Source of the DNA: Hyaloraphidium curvatum SAG 235-1
Taxonomy: Eukaryota > Fungi > Monoblepharomycota
Reading direction: 5' to 3'
DNA: 64,000 bases
Assembly (NCBI GenBank): GCA_025558095.1
Contig: JAIVFI010000022.1
Coordinates: 186,001 to 250,000, forward strand
Within the stretch, counting starts at the first letter, position 1. Each line of letters opens with the position of its first letter. The translations under genes and the position numbers were made by a program. Positions 20,860-32,387 of the stretch are shown piece by piece. The notes beneath the pieces are model-generated. The model was not told the origin of the DNA, searched no databases, and saw only the letters and a program-made list of their open reading frames with translations.

Positions 20860-21265
20860 CTTGACCACGTGCAATCGCGGGGCAAGGGGGCTCCGAGTCG
20901 CGGTCGCCCAAAAACCACAGGAGACGGTCTGACGGAGTTGCTGAACCTGGCGTGGAAGCAACCGCCCCAAAGCCAGAGCGTCAAGATCATCGCATTACCT
21001 CCCTGCAATTTGTAGTCGGCCTTAATTGTAGCTTGCACAAAGTCTCGAGCCCCGCCAGACGCGTGGAAGCGGCCCTCCATGGGCGGGGAACGCGTTGTAG
21101 TCCTCCGTCGAATGGCGTGGACTTGGGGACGCCCAAACTCGACTGAGCTCACTGCGCCTAGCATTGCCCAGCTATCCCCGGGCCTCCCACCCGTAAATGC
21201 TGACCACGCTACGCTCGCCAGATTACCTGGCCCAGATCACTTCCATTCCTCCCAACACCCGGGTC

Positions 21266-21906
21266 TCAAGCAGCAGCGGCCTTGGCCGCCTTCTGCGCCT
21301 CCATCTTCTTCTTGAACTCCTCCATGCTGTATTTGGCCATCGCCTCCTCGGCCGTGAGCGTGCCCGCAACCAGCTCGTCCAGCATCTCCTCGCACAGAGC
21401 CACGGGGTGCCCGATCCACACGATCTTGCCCGCGGCGTCAATTGCAAACGCGGCTGGAATCCCGCGCTGCCCGGCGGGCCTCATCCAGGTGTCGGCGAAG
21501 CCCGTGCCGTCGTCCGCGTCCGCGTCCTCGTCCTCCAGGGCCACCGGGTAACGCATCGTCTCCTTCCCGCCGTTCTCCACCCAGTCCACCGCTGCCTCGG
21601 GCGAGCGCTCGAAGACGTTAACGCCGACAAAGTCAATCTTGTCGCCGTACGCGTCCCAGAGCTTGGACAGGTGCGGCATGGCGACCTGCGAGGGTTGCGG
21701 GCCAAGGCACCGTCAGACCGACATCCAAGAAGGACAATGCGGCCCCGAACCTTGCAGGGGAAGCACCACGACGCCCAGGCTTCGACGATTGCCGGGCGGC
21801 CAGGAATGGACGGCTTGTTCCCCCGCACCATTTTGAGGCTCGCGGGGAAGGGCGGCGCGGCGTCGCCGGGCTTGAGCGTCGGCGCGGGTCCGGAAGGCGG
21901 TGCCAT
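21266..21906 (-). CDS. TlpA/redoxin-family thioredoxin-like disulfide reductase
   Basis: LKPGDAAP...VEAWASWCFPCK|VAMPHLSKL...GIPAAFAIDAAGKIVWIGHP; intron 21686-21750. Confidence 0.88.
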
Positions 21907-22217
21907 TCTTGCTGCGGGTTTCTTCGCTGCTTCGCGGCGCGTTGAGTCCCGGAAGTTGGGGTGCGCTTTGGACCCTGACCCTCGGCCCCTGTTCTTGGCC
22001 GGTGTCGCTTACCAAGCGGCTCTTCAGCGTACCGCGACGACTTTGGCGTCAGCAAGACCGCACAAGACGGGATGCAAATGTGTTGCTCTTCCTATCGCCC
22101 GCCACGGCACTCGCAGTACGCTCTAGCCGTCGGTCGTCCCAACTGCCGCCCACCTACACCTGCCTCAGTATATCCCTACCGCTGCATCGCCGGCCGCTCT
22201 AGCACCAGTCGTCGCAC

Positions 22218-23783
22218 CTACACCCTGCTCCAGATCTTCCATCCCGCCCGCTTCATCCGCACCATGAAGATGAACGCCGCGGCCAGGAACATCATGCTTC
22301 CTCCGAACATCATCATTCCCAGATAGCTCTGCTGCACCGTCCCGTCCGGCGCCGTCGTGGTCTGGATAAGCATCCCCGCCAGCGGCGGCCCGACGAGGTC
22401 GGCGAAGGCGCCGGCCGAGTAGAGCAGCCCGATGGCCGAGGAGATGGATGCGATCCCCACGACCTCGGCGAGGCAGGTGGACATGAGGCTGACGAAGCCG
22501 CCGCTGTTGAACGAGAAAAACATGCCGAAGAAGATGAGGCCGCCAAAGGTCGTCATGAAGGGCCAAATCAGCAGCATCGCGAGCGCGGCCAGGAGGGCGG
22601 AGCTCAGGAACGAGTTGAAGTGCCCGACATAGTCCGAAAGGTAGCCGATGACGATCCGGCCCAGCGTCGATCCCAGGTTGGTCAGCCCCAGGATGATGGC
22701 GCCCTGGTTCTGCGAGAGCCCGAACGTCGCCGCGAGCGTGGACATGAAGAACGGCGGGAGGAAGAACCCGAAGAAGCAAAAGAACTGCGAGAACCAGAGC
22801 ATGACGAACTGCGGGATCCTAAAGTATGAGAAGTTGAACAGCTTCCCGCCCCTGCCGACCGCCTTGTACCGCGTTCGGAGCAGCGCAGCGCAGACCGTGT
22901 TGACGGCCAGCACCATGAGTGCGGTGATGCGCAGCGCCCACTGGACCGACAAAACGTTGATCAGGTACTGCGTAAACGGGCTCAGGGCAAGGCCGCCGAT
23001 CCCGGTCCCGCTCACGGCTAAGCCGACGGCGAGGCCGCGCCGTTTGCTGAACCAGGTCACGACCGTCCCCATAAAAGGGAAATAGGCTACGCTCTGGCCT
23101 AGTCCCAATAGCACGCCCTGCGAAAGGAACGTCTGCCAGTAGGCGGTCGAAAAGCTCGCCAGGAGGAGGCCGAGGAAGCACATGACGCCGCCGACGAAGC
23201 ACACTATCCGGGCGTCGAACATCTCCGCGAGCCGGCCGGAAACGGGGCCGAACCCCGGGCACAGGGCCACCATCGTCGATCCGATGAGGGTTATGGCCGT
23301 GAGGCTCATCCCGGGGAAGAAGTTCGATTCGGCGTAGTAGCGGGCATAGACCCCCCAGCAGTACTGGGGCCCGATGACGATCACGTGGACCATGAAGAGG
23401 CACGCGACGAGCACCCAGCCCCAACCGCCGTCGGGAGGCGGCCCGGGGCCGGAATCGGGCGCCGGATTGCTCTCTCCGGCGGCAGCTTTCCCCGGTGCTG
23501 CTCCCGCGCCATCGTAGGCGAGCTCCAGGTCCCTTTTGGCCTCGCCACCGTCGGCCTGGGTGCCGTCCGCGGAAGGGCGCCCAATTCCGGCGTCCGGAGG
23601 CTCGGAGCGGTGATCCGGGGCAGACACCGCGGCCGTGGCGGGAAGCGGCGAAAGTCCGGCATCGGCCGAGTCCCCCGGCGCAGACGTCACGTCCGCCGCG
23701 CACACGCCTGGCGATTCTGGCAAAGCGCTTGCTGCCGAAGAATTGCCGGGATTTCGGTCCGCAGACGCGGCCGAGGACGACAT
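22218..23783 (-). CDS. MFS monocarboxylate transporter (MCT/Mch family)
   Basis: PPPDGGWGW motif, WFSKRRGLAVGLAVSGTGIGG and GRIVIGYLSD; about 12 TM segments. Confidence 0.93.
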   Translation of the reverse strand: MSSSAASADRNPGNSSAASALPESPGVCAADVTSAPGDSADAGLSPLPATAAVSAPDHRSEPPDAGIGRPSADGTQADGGEAKRDLELAYDGAGAAPGKAAAGESNPAPDSGPGPPPDGGWGWVLVACLFMVHVIVIGPQYCWGVYARYYAESNFFPGMSLTAITLIGSTMVALCPGFGPVSGRLAEMFDARIVCFVGGVMCFLGLLLASFSTAYWQTFLSQGVLLGLGQSVAYFPFMGTVVTWFSKRRGLAVGLAVSGTGIGGLALSPFTQYLINVLSVQWALRITALMVLAVNTVCAALLRTRYKAVGRGGKLFNFSYFRIPQFVMLWFSQFFCFFGFFLPPFFMSTLAATFGLSQNQGAIILGLTNLGSTLGRIVIGYLSDYVGHFNSFLSSALLAALAMLLIWPFMTTFGGLIFFGMFFSFNSGGFVSLMSTCLAEVVGIASISSAIGLLYSAGAFADLVGPPLAGMLIQTTTAPDGTVQQSYLGMMMFGGSMMFLAAAFIFMVRMKRAGWKIWSRV

Positions 23784-24059
23784 TGCGGGAGACGGGGTGG
23801 CGGGTCTGGCGGCGAATGATGAACCGCATTCCGCACGCCGCCCGCCCGCAAGCCCGTCGGTGACTCGGTATCGAGGTCAAGATCATTGAAAGACAATCTA
23901 CAGCAATTGCACTAAGCTTCATCGACCAGCTCGTGGGATCTTGAGTCTGGCATCCGCTTCGTCCGGTGGCAGAAATGTCTCCATCGCCATGCCCCGTTCC
24001 AGCGACCGGCATTCCATCGCCACGTCCCGTTTCGGCAGCCAGCATCCCCTTCTCTTTCA

Positions 24060-24532
24060 TCAAATGGCTGCCAGCGCCCTCTCCAGTTTCTCCCTCACCC
24101 CGCCCGCGACCTCCTTCAGCTCCGCACTCTGCGCCATCCCGAGCACCGCGTCCGGGTCCATTATCTCCACGTGCACCGCGCCTGCCGTGTCCTGCCGCAC
24201 GACGATGTTGCAGGGGAGCAGCGCTCCGGCCTCGGGCTCGACCGACAGCGCGTGGAAGGCGTAGTTGGGGTTGCACGCGCCGAGGATCTTGTAGGGGGGC
24301 ATGTCCTTGTTGAGCTTCTTCTGCGGGTCGGAAGAGGGTGCCGCCGAACGGGTCAGAACATGCCGCACGCGGGGAAGACGAGGCGGGGCCTGCCCACCTT
24401 CATCGTCGCGGCGATGTCGATTTCGGTGAGGACGCCGAATCCCTCGGTCGCGAGCGCAGCGGTGGCCGCCTTGACGGCCTCGTCAAAGGACTTGGCGACC
24501 ACCTTGCCGAACGTGTAGCTCTTGTGCGACAT
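24060..24532 (-). CDS. DUF302 domain protein
   Basis: MSHKSYTFGKVVAKSFDEAV...EGFGVLTEIDIAATMK|KKLNKDMPPYKILGACNP...GALLPCNIVVRQ is the DUF302 signature; intron 24321-24397. Confidence 0.9.
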
Positions 24533-24934
24533 TACTGTTCCCGCCGTCTATGAGGATGGGGCGGAAGGTGCTGTTGTTTGGCGCGGTGCTTTGTCAGCCT
24601 CCGACTCCGTATCGAGTCATCCGGGACTTCGTTCTCGCGGAGGTCTCGAATTCAAGCAGCTTATTCCCTATTGCATGGTGATGGCTCGAACGTCGGCGCG
24701 CATCAATGTTCATCCGGTGTCGGGTCCGGATTTGATCACGCAGGCAGTGTGGCGGATCGGACGTGACGCCGCAGTCGCCGAACTCAACCGTCAACGCCCA
24801 ACCGTGGCGGAGCACCATTGGAAAGGTTCGCGCTTCGAGATCAGCGGTGATTGATGTGGGACGCAAGGACCCGACCGATCGCCCGCCGGGACTATCGGTG
24901 CTTGACCGCCGTTGGTGTCTTGGACGCAGACGCC

Positions 24935-26067
24935 GGGGGCAGCTTCGAGACCAATACGCTCTGTCTGCATTGCCGCGAATACGACTCTGGTATCTTCTAC
25001 ATGTCTCCAACAGCTGCAAGTTAGGCCGAGGCCCTGTCCATCTACGGTATCGATATCCAGCGCAAGTACGCGAGTCCGGTCCGATCAGTGCGACGCCTCG
25101 GGCAGCGAGGTCGAGGACGCCCTTGTGGCGGTCGAGTTGACGACGGCGACGTAGGGCTCGGCGAGCTCGACGGCCCTGCGCGCGAGCCTGCGGGCAGGGA
25201 AGCGCCAGCAGTCGGGCACGGGGCAGCCGCCGCCCTGGCCGAACTCCTGCGCGTAGCGGTCGCCGACCTTGGCCGAGCCCATGCAGGTGAAGGCGGGGTC
25301 GAGAAGGGTCTTGCGGTGGCCGGGCGAGCCCATGAAGGAGTCTGTCGGGGCCCGGGAGAGGCAGATTAGTGGGACGATCGCAGGCAGGAGGCGGCGATCG
25401 GCACGCACCCATGGCCCACTCGATGGTGGTCTGGCCGCCGGCGACGTTCTCTCCGATCTTGGCGTAGCCGAGGGGCGCGAGGCGGGTGAGGGGGTTGGAG
25501 CCGTCGCTGGGCGAGGTGGGAGCGACGCGTCAGCGATCGGCGAAAAGGCAGGCAAGCGATCATGTCGCAAGAGGCCAGGCCGCCCAAGGCAGGGAGTAGA
25601 GGGGCTTCCTGGCCACGCCCGCGGTGCGAAGAAGTGGGCGCGAGTACCGACCTGCCAAAGTGCGACACGGTGCGAGTGTTGTACAGGTCCCACGCCACGC
25701 GCTGCGCGACCTCCTGCAGCCCGGGCGCGAAGCCGAGCGGCGCGACGCCGGCCTTTGCGCGCGCGTCGTTGACGAGGCAGATGAAAGGGTCGTGGTACGC
25801 GAGCGCGGGCGCGGCGAGGAGGGCGAGAGAGGCGGCGAGGAGGAGTGCGCGGGCCATGGCGGAGGCGGCGAGCGGTGGGCAGAAGGGGTAGTGGAGGAAA
25901 TGGAGTGATGAAGGAGAAGTGGAGAGTGATGAGAGGAGGAGACGCCCTTTTGTAGTCGCGGTTCGTCGAGGTCGCGCCTCAGGGTCGCGAACCGCCGATC
26001 GTGTTTGCCCGAGATCCCCTTCTCAACTTCGATCCCGCCACCAACCTCAAACAAACAACGCAAAGTG
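24935..26067 (-). repeat. Inverted segmental duplication, copy 1 (pairs with 44522-45661)
   Basis: Reverse complement aligns with 44522-45661 across the 3' flank, CAP exons, intron 2 and the upstream region. Confidence 0.92.
25085..25857 (-). CDS. Secreted CAP/SCP (PR-1-like) protein, copy 1 (3 exons)
   Basis: Signal peptide MARALLLAASLALLAAPALA; LVNDARAKAG, SHFG|SDGS, GENVAGGQ, FMGSPGHRKTLL. Confidence 0.9.
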
Positions 26068-26135
26068 AAAGACGAGATCTGGCCCAAGAAGATACAATAA
26101 TACAGATCATTCTTTCGTTCTCCGGCCCCAGCAGC

Positions 26136-26585
26136 TCACCGCCAGTGCGGCGGCCCTCCCGGGAAAATGGGCCCCGTGTACCCAACCAGCACCCCGTCCG
26201 CCGTCACCATTGTCCCGAAATGGAACCCCGATCCGCCGCCCGCGACGGAGTCCTGGAAGAGCGGCCGGGCGTACACCTTGTCCAAGCCACTCCACAGTCC
26301 GTACTCGTCCTCGTCGAGGGTGACGCCGAACCACGCTCCCTGCTCCAGCCAGATCTTCTTGGGGCTGCCGGGGGGATTCCAGCGCCCTGCGCACGGCCGG
26401 GACAGCGCGGCTGGAAAGGTTGGCGAAGGGCCAGCGGAGGACAAGCTCGTCGAGCCCTTCGGGGAGGTCGAGGAGGAGGTCGCGCGATGTCGTGAGGTAA
26501 TCCAGATCCAACCGCTTTAGCCCCAAGGACTTCAAGGAAGCCCATGCGGCGGCGTCCAGGTCCTCCTGCCGCGAGCGGAAGAAGT
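26136..26585 (-). pseudogene. 5'-truncated relic paralogous to the C-terminus of the F-box-like gene at 43269
   Basis: DLDAAAWASLKSLGLKRLDLD...LLLDLPEGLDELVLR matches DLDPAAWASIKTLGLKRLDLD...LLLDLP at about 44060-44190. Frameshift in the G run at about 26370; no N-terminus. Confidence 0.65.
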
Positions 26586-26674
26586 TGAGCTGATGGCTGC
26601 GAGATATGGATCGTCCCTGCCGCCGACGCAACATCGATCGAGGCACAAGAGATCGATTACGTCAAAATAGCAAG

Positions 26675-27750
26675 CTACCGTCTGAGCGAATACGCCAGAT
26701 TAGCCAGGATGGTATCGCCGAGCCCCTCATCGGGCTGCAGAAACTCGTTGATGTCCACGTCGCCCGATCCGTCGTGGTCAAACAGTCCCCAGATGTTGTC
26801 GACCATCTCACGCGTCTCGCGGACGCGCGCGAGGTCGGTGGAGAGGCGGAAGGTCTTGATGAGGGCGCGGACGACTTCCTCCTGGAACGGGCCGAGGAGA
26901 CGAGGTGAGAGACTTCGACGGCGTTGCAACCGCCCTATGGGCCCGTTCGACCCACCTTGTCCAGCTCCTGCGACCCGTCTTCGTCCCAATACTCGAACCA
27001 GGCCCTCAGGTTGTTGTGGTTCAGCGGCGGCGGCTCGGGCCTGTCGCCCGAGCGCCGGAACTTGTCCCGCACGTAGACCAGGAGCCCCTGCGGCCCGCAG
27101 AGCTCCTCGTACGACAGCTCCCCGGACGAATCCGTGTCCCAGCGGGTCCAGAAGGAGTCCACGTCGCGCTCCAGGGCGCGGTAATCAATCGGCAATAGCG
27201 CCTTTAGAACGGAAACCACTTCGAACTTCGAAAGTGACCCATTCGCGTCACCGTCCACGGCATCGAAGAAGCCACGGGGATCGGCATCGTATGCCGGCAC
27301 CGGCCGCACCTTGGCGAAGGGGCGGCGGCAGGCGGGGCAGAGGGCGTGGCGAGCGGTAACAAGGCTCTCCGCACAAGTCAAATGCATGAAGTGGGGGCAC
27401 GTCCGGCGGTTCTCGGCCGACGCGAAGACAGCGGCCGGATACTTGTGCATCTCGTCGAAGCACAGGAGGCACTCGGCGTGCTCGACGGCCACGTTCTCCT
27501 CCTCGGGCGGTGCGGGCGCGGGGGGCGCTGTCTGGCCGGGCGGCGGCGGCGGCGGCGGCCTCGCGGGGGCGGCGGCGACCTCCTCGAGGTACGACGCGGG
27601 AACGAAGCCCGCTTCGGCGCCCGCGGCGCGGCGCACGCGGATCCAGCCGCCCGACTCGGCGGCCTCGCGGACGAGCGGCTCGCCCGCGCGCACGCTCAGT
27701 TCGCCCGGGCCGCCGGCCGCAAAGTCAAAGAGCGCCTTCATCGAGGCCAT
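26675..27750 (-). CDS. SH3 + proline-rich + RING finger + four EF-hand protein
   Basis: ALFDF...ELS...GW...GFVPASYL (SH3); CLLC...CPHFMHLTC...CPAC (RING-H2); EF loops DGDANGSLSKFE, DTDSSGELSYEE, DEDGSQELDKEE, DHDGSGDVDINE; intron 26882-26955. Confidence 0.88.
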
Positions 27751-28035
27751 GTCGCTCTGGCGCGTCGGGCAGGTCGCGTTTGCAGACAGGAACTCAACAA
27801 TGGAGTCTGAGTCGGTCACGCGCCACGCGCACCGCAGCGCAACCGCCGCCGCCTCACGCTTTTCTTGATCTCTGAGGTGCCCTACTCCGTTCAGATAATT
27901 CATGCGAATGATCGCTACTGTGCATATGTACACTGATCGTCGTAGACCCTCATATGAGAACGATAGTCTAGGCCACCAGGCTAGCCACCGCGAGAACCCC
28001 ATCTTTTCCGTACCGGCGCATCCGCTCCGAGACGA

Positions 28036-30165
28036 TCACGAGAGAGCCATGCCGAGGGCCACCAGGCCGGCCACTGCCGAGAACCCCGCCCTGTGCGCAC
28101 CCGCAGCCCCGCTGGGCACGGATCCGGCGCACGGCAGCGAAAAGTTGCTGCGGAAGACGGCGTCCGCGCCGATCTTGCACCAACCGGCCTCCAGCTGGTT
28201 GCAGACCATGCCCGCCTCCCCGCTCACGTGGGGCTCGGGCTCGCCCTGGGCCAGCTTGATGCACCCGGGGCCCGCATACCAGCTGCATTTCGTGGCGTCC
28301 GGGCCCTGGCACTGAACCGTGCCTCCCTCCGCGGCTTTCCCGATGCTGCGCACGCGAAGCGAGTTCCCCTTGTCCTGGCAGGACTGGATGCAGGTCCAGG
28401 CGCCGGGTGCACCGCACTGCACCTCCACGGCGTTGGGGTTGGCAAAAACGCGGGCCGCGGAGGAGCACCAGCCGGAAGAGTACTGCTCGCAGACCATCCC
28501 GCTCTGCCGGGGCTCCTCCTCGTTGGGCGCCAGCTGGCTGCACTTGGCGTCCAAGTACCACGAGCAGGCGGTCGCGTTCGGGCCGTCGCACTGCAGCCGG
28601 GCCGGCAGGCTGTTGAGCTGCTTCACGTTGACGTACCGCCCCATGTCGGTGCACGATTTGACGCAGGTGAACCCCGTCCCCACGTCGTCCGCCGGGGGCT
28701 GCGGCACCACGGTGCCGTTCCATGCGCAGGGCTGCATGCTGGGGTTGCTCGAGATGCACACCGGGTCGTAGAATTCTGGGTCGTGTTCCCAGCAGGGCTT
28801 CTTGGCGCCGTACTGGAGCTCGAGGCGGCAGATGCCCATGGCGTTGCCGCACTTGCACATGAAGGTGGAGTTGCGCGAGACCAGAACGGGCACGGGGCCC
28901 TCGAAGAGGTTGCCGCCCAGCTCGACGTTCTTGATCTGCGAGCAGGTGGTGAGGTCCGGGAACGGGCCGCTGAGGCTGTTGCGGCCGAGGTCGAGGTCGA
29001 AGAGGTCGGGGAGCTTGGGGATCCAGGCCGGGAAGGTGCCGCTGAGCTGGTTGTCGTTCAGGAAGATGGCCTGCAGGCCACGAAGCTCCTCGATGGTGCC
29101 GGCGGGGGTGTTTATGTCGCCCTTCAGCTTCAGCGAGGTCGCGAAGAGCTTAATCACGCCCCATGGGCCGCACTTCACGCCTGCCATTTGCCGCATCAGT
29201 TTGCTGCATGCTCACCATAGCCAGAGAATCGACTCACGTGGGCTCTCGCAGCACGTGTTGCCAGCAGGCCAGACGTCCTTGTCGTCCGCGCCGTGCGACT
29301 TGAGCCAGACGCGGAGCAGGTCACACTGCTCCGTGGTCGATTTCATACCGTACTGGCTGTATGGTGCCGGGAGATCGCCCCAGTGTGGCAGATTCATCGG
29401 CGGGATCGTCGGCGAGCTCGGGTCGGGCGCCGATCCCGTGCACTCGGCCAGGCCGGCGACGCACGACGGGGGTGTGAAGGCTTCGTAGCTGTTGTAGTGG
29501 CACATGCCGCCGTTCGGGGTGGTGTTGCAGACGACGGTCTTGGCGGGGATCGGGGGAAGGTATCCGCCGAGCCTGGTGCTCGAGACGTCGAGACTGACGA
29601 GGTTGGGCAGGAGGATGTCCAGGCGGGGAAGCTGTCCCGAGATGCCGGTGCGCGACAGGTTGACGGCGCGGAGTGTATTGCCGGCGCCCTTGAGCCAGCG
29701 GGGGAAGGTGCCGGAGAGGCCGCTGTTGCCGCCAAAGTCGATGGAGGTCCAAGCGGCCGTCGCCAGTGCTGACGACTGCTGCGCGCTCGGGTCGATGAAG
29801 GCGTTGGAGTTGATGTCGCCGTTCAGTCCGGAGTTCCATTTGATGGCATCGAGGACGCCGTTGACGCAGGTGATCGTCCGGATCCGGGACGCTTCGGAGG
29901 CATCCCAGTTGCAGCAGCCCGTCGAGTCGGCGGGGAGCGGCCGGTCCCACAGCTGCGCCTCGGGGACGCCGTGCGAGCGGAGGAATAGAAGCAGCGGTAG
30001 GCATTTCGAGTACCAGTAGGCGTTCTGGTTGTACTGGCGGGGGGCGAGCGAGTGTTCGGTCGGGAAGGCGGCGGCGCCCGCGGCGGCCGCGAGGAGGGCG
30101 GCCCCGACGAGCAGCGCCACGGGGGTGCCGCGCCGCAAGGCGCGAGCGTGCGTGGTGCTTGGCAT
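28036..30165 (-). CDS. Secreted, probably GPI-anchored LRR protein with two LRR modules and two Cys-rich repeats
   Basis: Signal peptide; plant-type LRRs (LNDNQLSGTFP, LGRNSLSGPFP, LSRTGISGQLP); duplicated capping motif CxxLxxxLxSHG...W...CC; two repeats TCxxSCxDxG...QCxGPxATxCSWY...C...GMVCxQxxxGWC; hydrophobic C-terminal tail; intron 29181-29237. Confidence 0.85.
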
Positions 30166-30507
30166 TGGTTGTGGGTGATTTGAGTGAAGTTTGGAACGAG
30201 GGGAGGATGTGACTCCCCGTGACGTCGTGCCCAGGGATCCCTGTGGCGAAGCTGTCGGTTCCCATTCGCGGAAACGGATGCCGCACACGGCCGCCACCGC
30301 GGCAAGTGCTGCGTGGTGCACGAAGGGACCTTCAAGAGTACCTTTTTCTCTCGCTGTGGCAATTCGGTTCGGATTCATGCACTGCAGCGCCGCAGGAAGC
30401 TCCTCAGGGACCGGCCCCCCAGCCCCAATCTGACCAACCGGACCATGATTCACCAACACTGCATTCTGGGGCATACAGCACGGCGGCCCATCTTGTCCCC
30501 GTGCCGA

Positions 30508-32275
30508 TCACATGAAGCGCTCCCACCCGCTGGACCAGTCCGAGCTCCGCACCGACTTGCCCGTGAACTCGACCCGCACCCGCTCCCCCACGGCTGCCTG
30601 CACCTCTTCGGCCCCGAGCTCCCCCTTGCCGATCACGGTGATCTTCTCGAGGCCCGGCGCGTTGAACCCGGCGAAGACGTCGCCCGTCGATCCGGGGAAG
30701 AGGGCGAACGGCGGGGTGCCCTCCCCTCCGCGCTGTCCGATCCGGAGCACTTTGAGGCCGGGGAAGTCGCCGTGGAGGGAGAGCTTGCTTCCGGTCTCCT
30801 CGACCGTGATGCGCTCCAGGGTAGGCCCGATCGTCGAAGAGATGAGGCCGAGCAAGGCGAGAGGGGGCGTGTCGATGGTCTTGCCCGTCTCGCGATCCCA
30901 CTTGCAAATGGAGCTCTCCAACGAGTGGATGCCGAGACTGCGGATCTTTCTGTCCAGGGGTGCAGCGTTGTTGGTGACAACGGCCACCTTCTTGGCTTCT
31001 CCGTCGGAGTCTCCCGCGGCCACGATCTCCTTGCGGGTCCGGAACCTCGGGTCCTGCGCCTGTTCGGCATTCATGGTCACGTTTCCGAGGCACAGGTGCT
31101 CGACCGAGGGCGCGACTCCGAGCAGGCGCAGGAGTAGGATCGTAGAAACGCGGCCGGTGACGCAGAGCTTCTTGATGCTCGAGAAAGCCGAGCCGCGCCC
31201 GATGTCGAAGAGCTTCTGGACATTGTCTGCCTCGAGCATGAGCGTCGTCACGCGGGGGTGGGCGGTGATGATGCTGGCGAGGGGAGAGGCGTCGACCCGA
31301 TGGCGCCAGCCGCTGTAGAGGCGTGCGTTTTGGATCCGCAGAGCCTTGAGATGGGGAAATTGGAGGCGGTCGATGAAGCCGTAGTGGATGAAATCCTTGC
31401 CCATCTGTAGGAGGAAGTCAGCGCCAAGTCAGCATCCGACTGCAACTAGGAACGCGCCAGAGTCAGGTCCTCGATGTGCTGCTGCGTCTTCAGGACTTTC
31501 TTCTCGACAACCGCGTTAGACGAGGAGCGACATGCCCCGCAAGCAAGTGTTTGAACCTTCATTGTGGTCATGTGAACGACGTCGTCGTCGACGACCAGCG
31601 ACCGCAGGCTGTTCTTGACGATGCTCTCCGCAACCGAGCCCAGGGTCGTCTTGGTGAGCCAGGCGTTCGGGTCGGGCTTGTTCCTGGGCTTCTGCACCTT
31701 GACGAGGACGAGGGAGCGCCAGATTTCGGGCTGGGTCTGTCCGAGCTCGCGGAAGTAGCGGCAGGTCTGGTGCGAACGTACCATTAGGAGATTCAGTCCT
31801 TCGAGAGGCATGTTAGAACGCACCCGGAGACACAGGAGGCGATCGCGGAGGCCGAGATTCTGGAAGATCGCGACGAGGATCTGCCGTGCGAAGAAAGGGA
31901 GATCGGGTTACCCCCGCAAGATCCGGCATCCCCCCCACATTCCCGCACCTCGACGGGGAACTGCGTCAGGCTCTTGGAGATCACGCTCGTGAGGGTGACG
32001 CGCAGTTCGTCGGGCGAGACGGCCGTCCCGTTCTTGGCTGAGTCGTAGATCAGCTGATTCAGCCTCTTCCGCGGCAGAAGCTCGATCGTCCGCGAGAGTT
32101 CCTCGTCCGCCGTTAGCACATGCTTGAACAGGGCATCGGCGGGGCCGGCGGGGCGTGCGGACGTGGCGGTCGGGTCAGGGGGAGTTCGGCGCGCGGCGGC
32201 CGGCGCGCGCACCGGCTTGCCCCCGCGCTTCCCGGTCTTGGCGGCTGCGGCCTTCGTCTTCTTCTTGGGCGGCAT
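30508..32275 (-). CDS. Multi-exon F-box protein with LRR-like C-terminus
   Basis: MPPKKKTK start; SLTQFPVE|ILVAIFQNLGLRDRLLCLR...TCRYFREL...IWRSL is an F-box across an intron. The last exon is ORF 30508..31404. Internal exon boundaries are approximate. Confidence 0.7.
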
Positions 32276-32387
32276 TGCGGCGGCGGCGGCGGTCGTCTGC
32301 GCGTCGTTCGACGGCGCGGTTGTGCGACGGTCCGCGGCTGATCGATGAACGGGAGTCGACGCGTCCCCACAATCAAGCCGGCCGAGA

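Noticed and set aside
18027-24532. Bacterial contamination or operon
   Set aside because: Several bacterial-like genes carry GT-AG introns and are interspersed with clearly eukaryotic genes.
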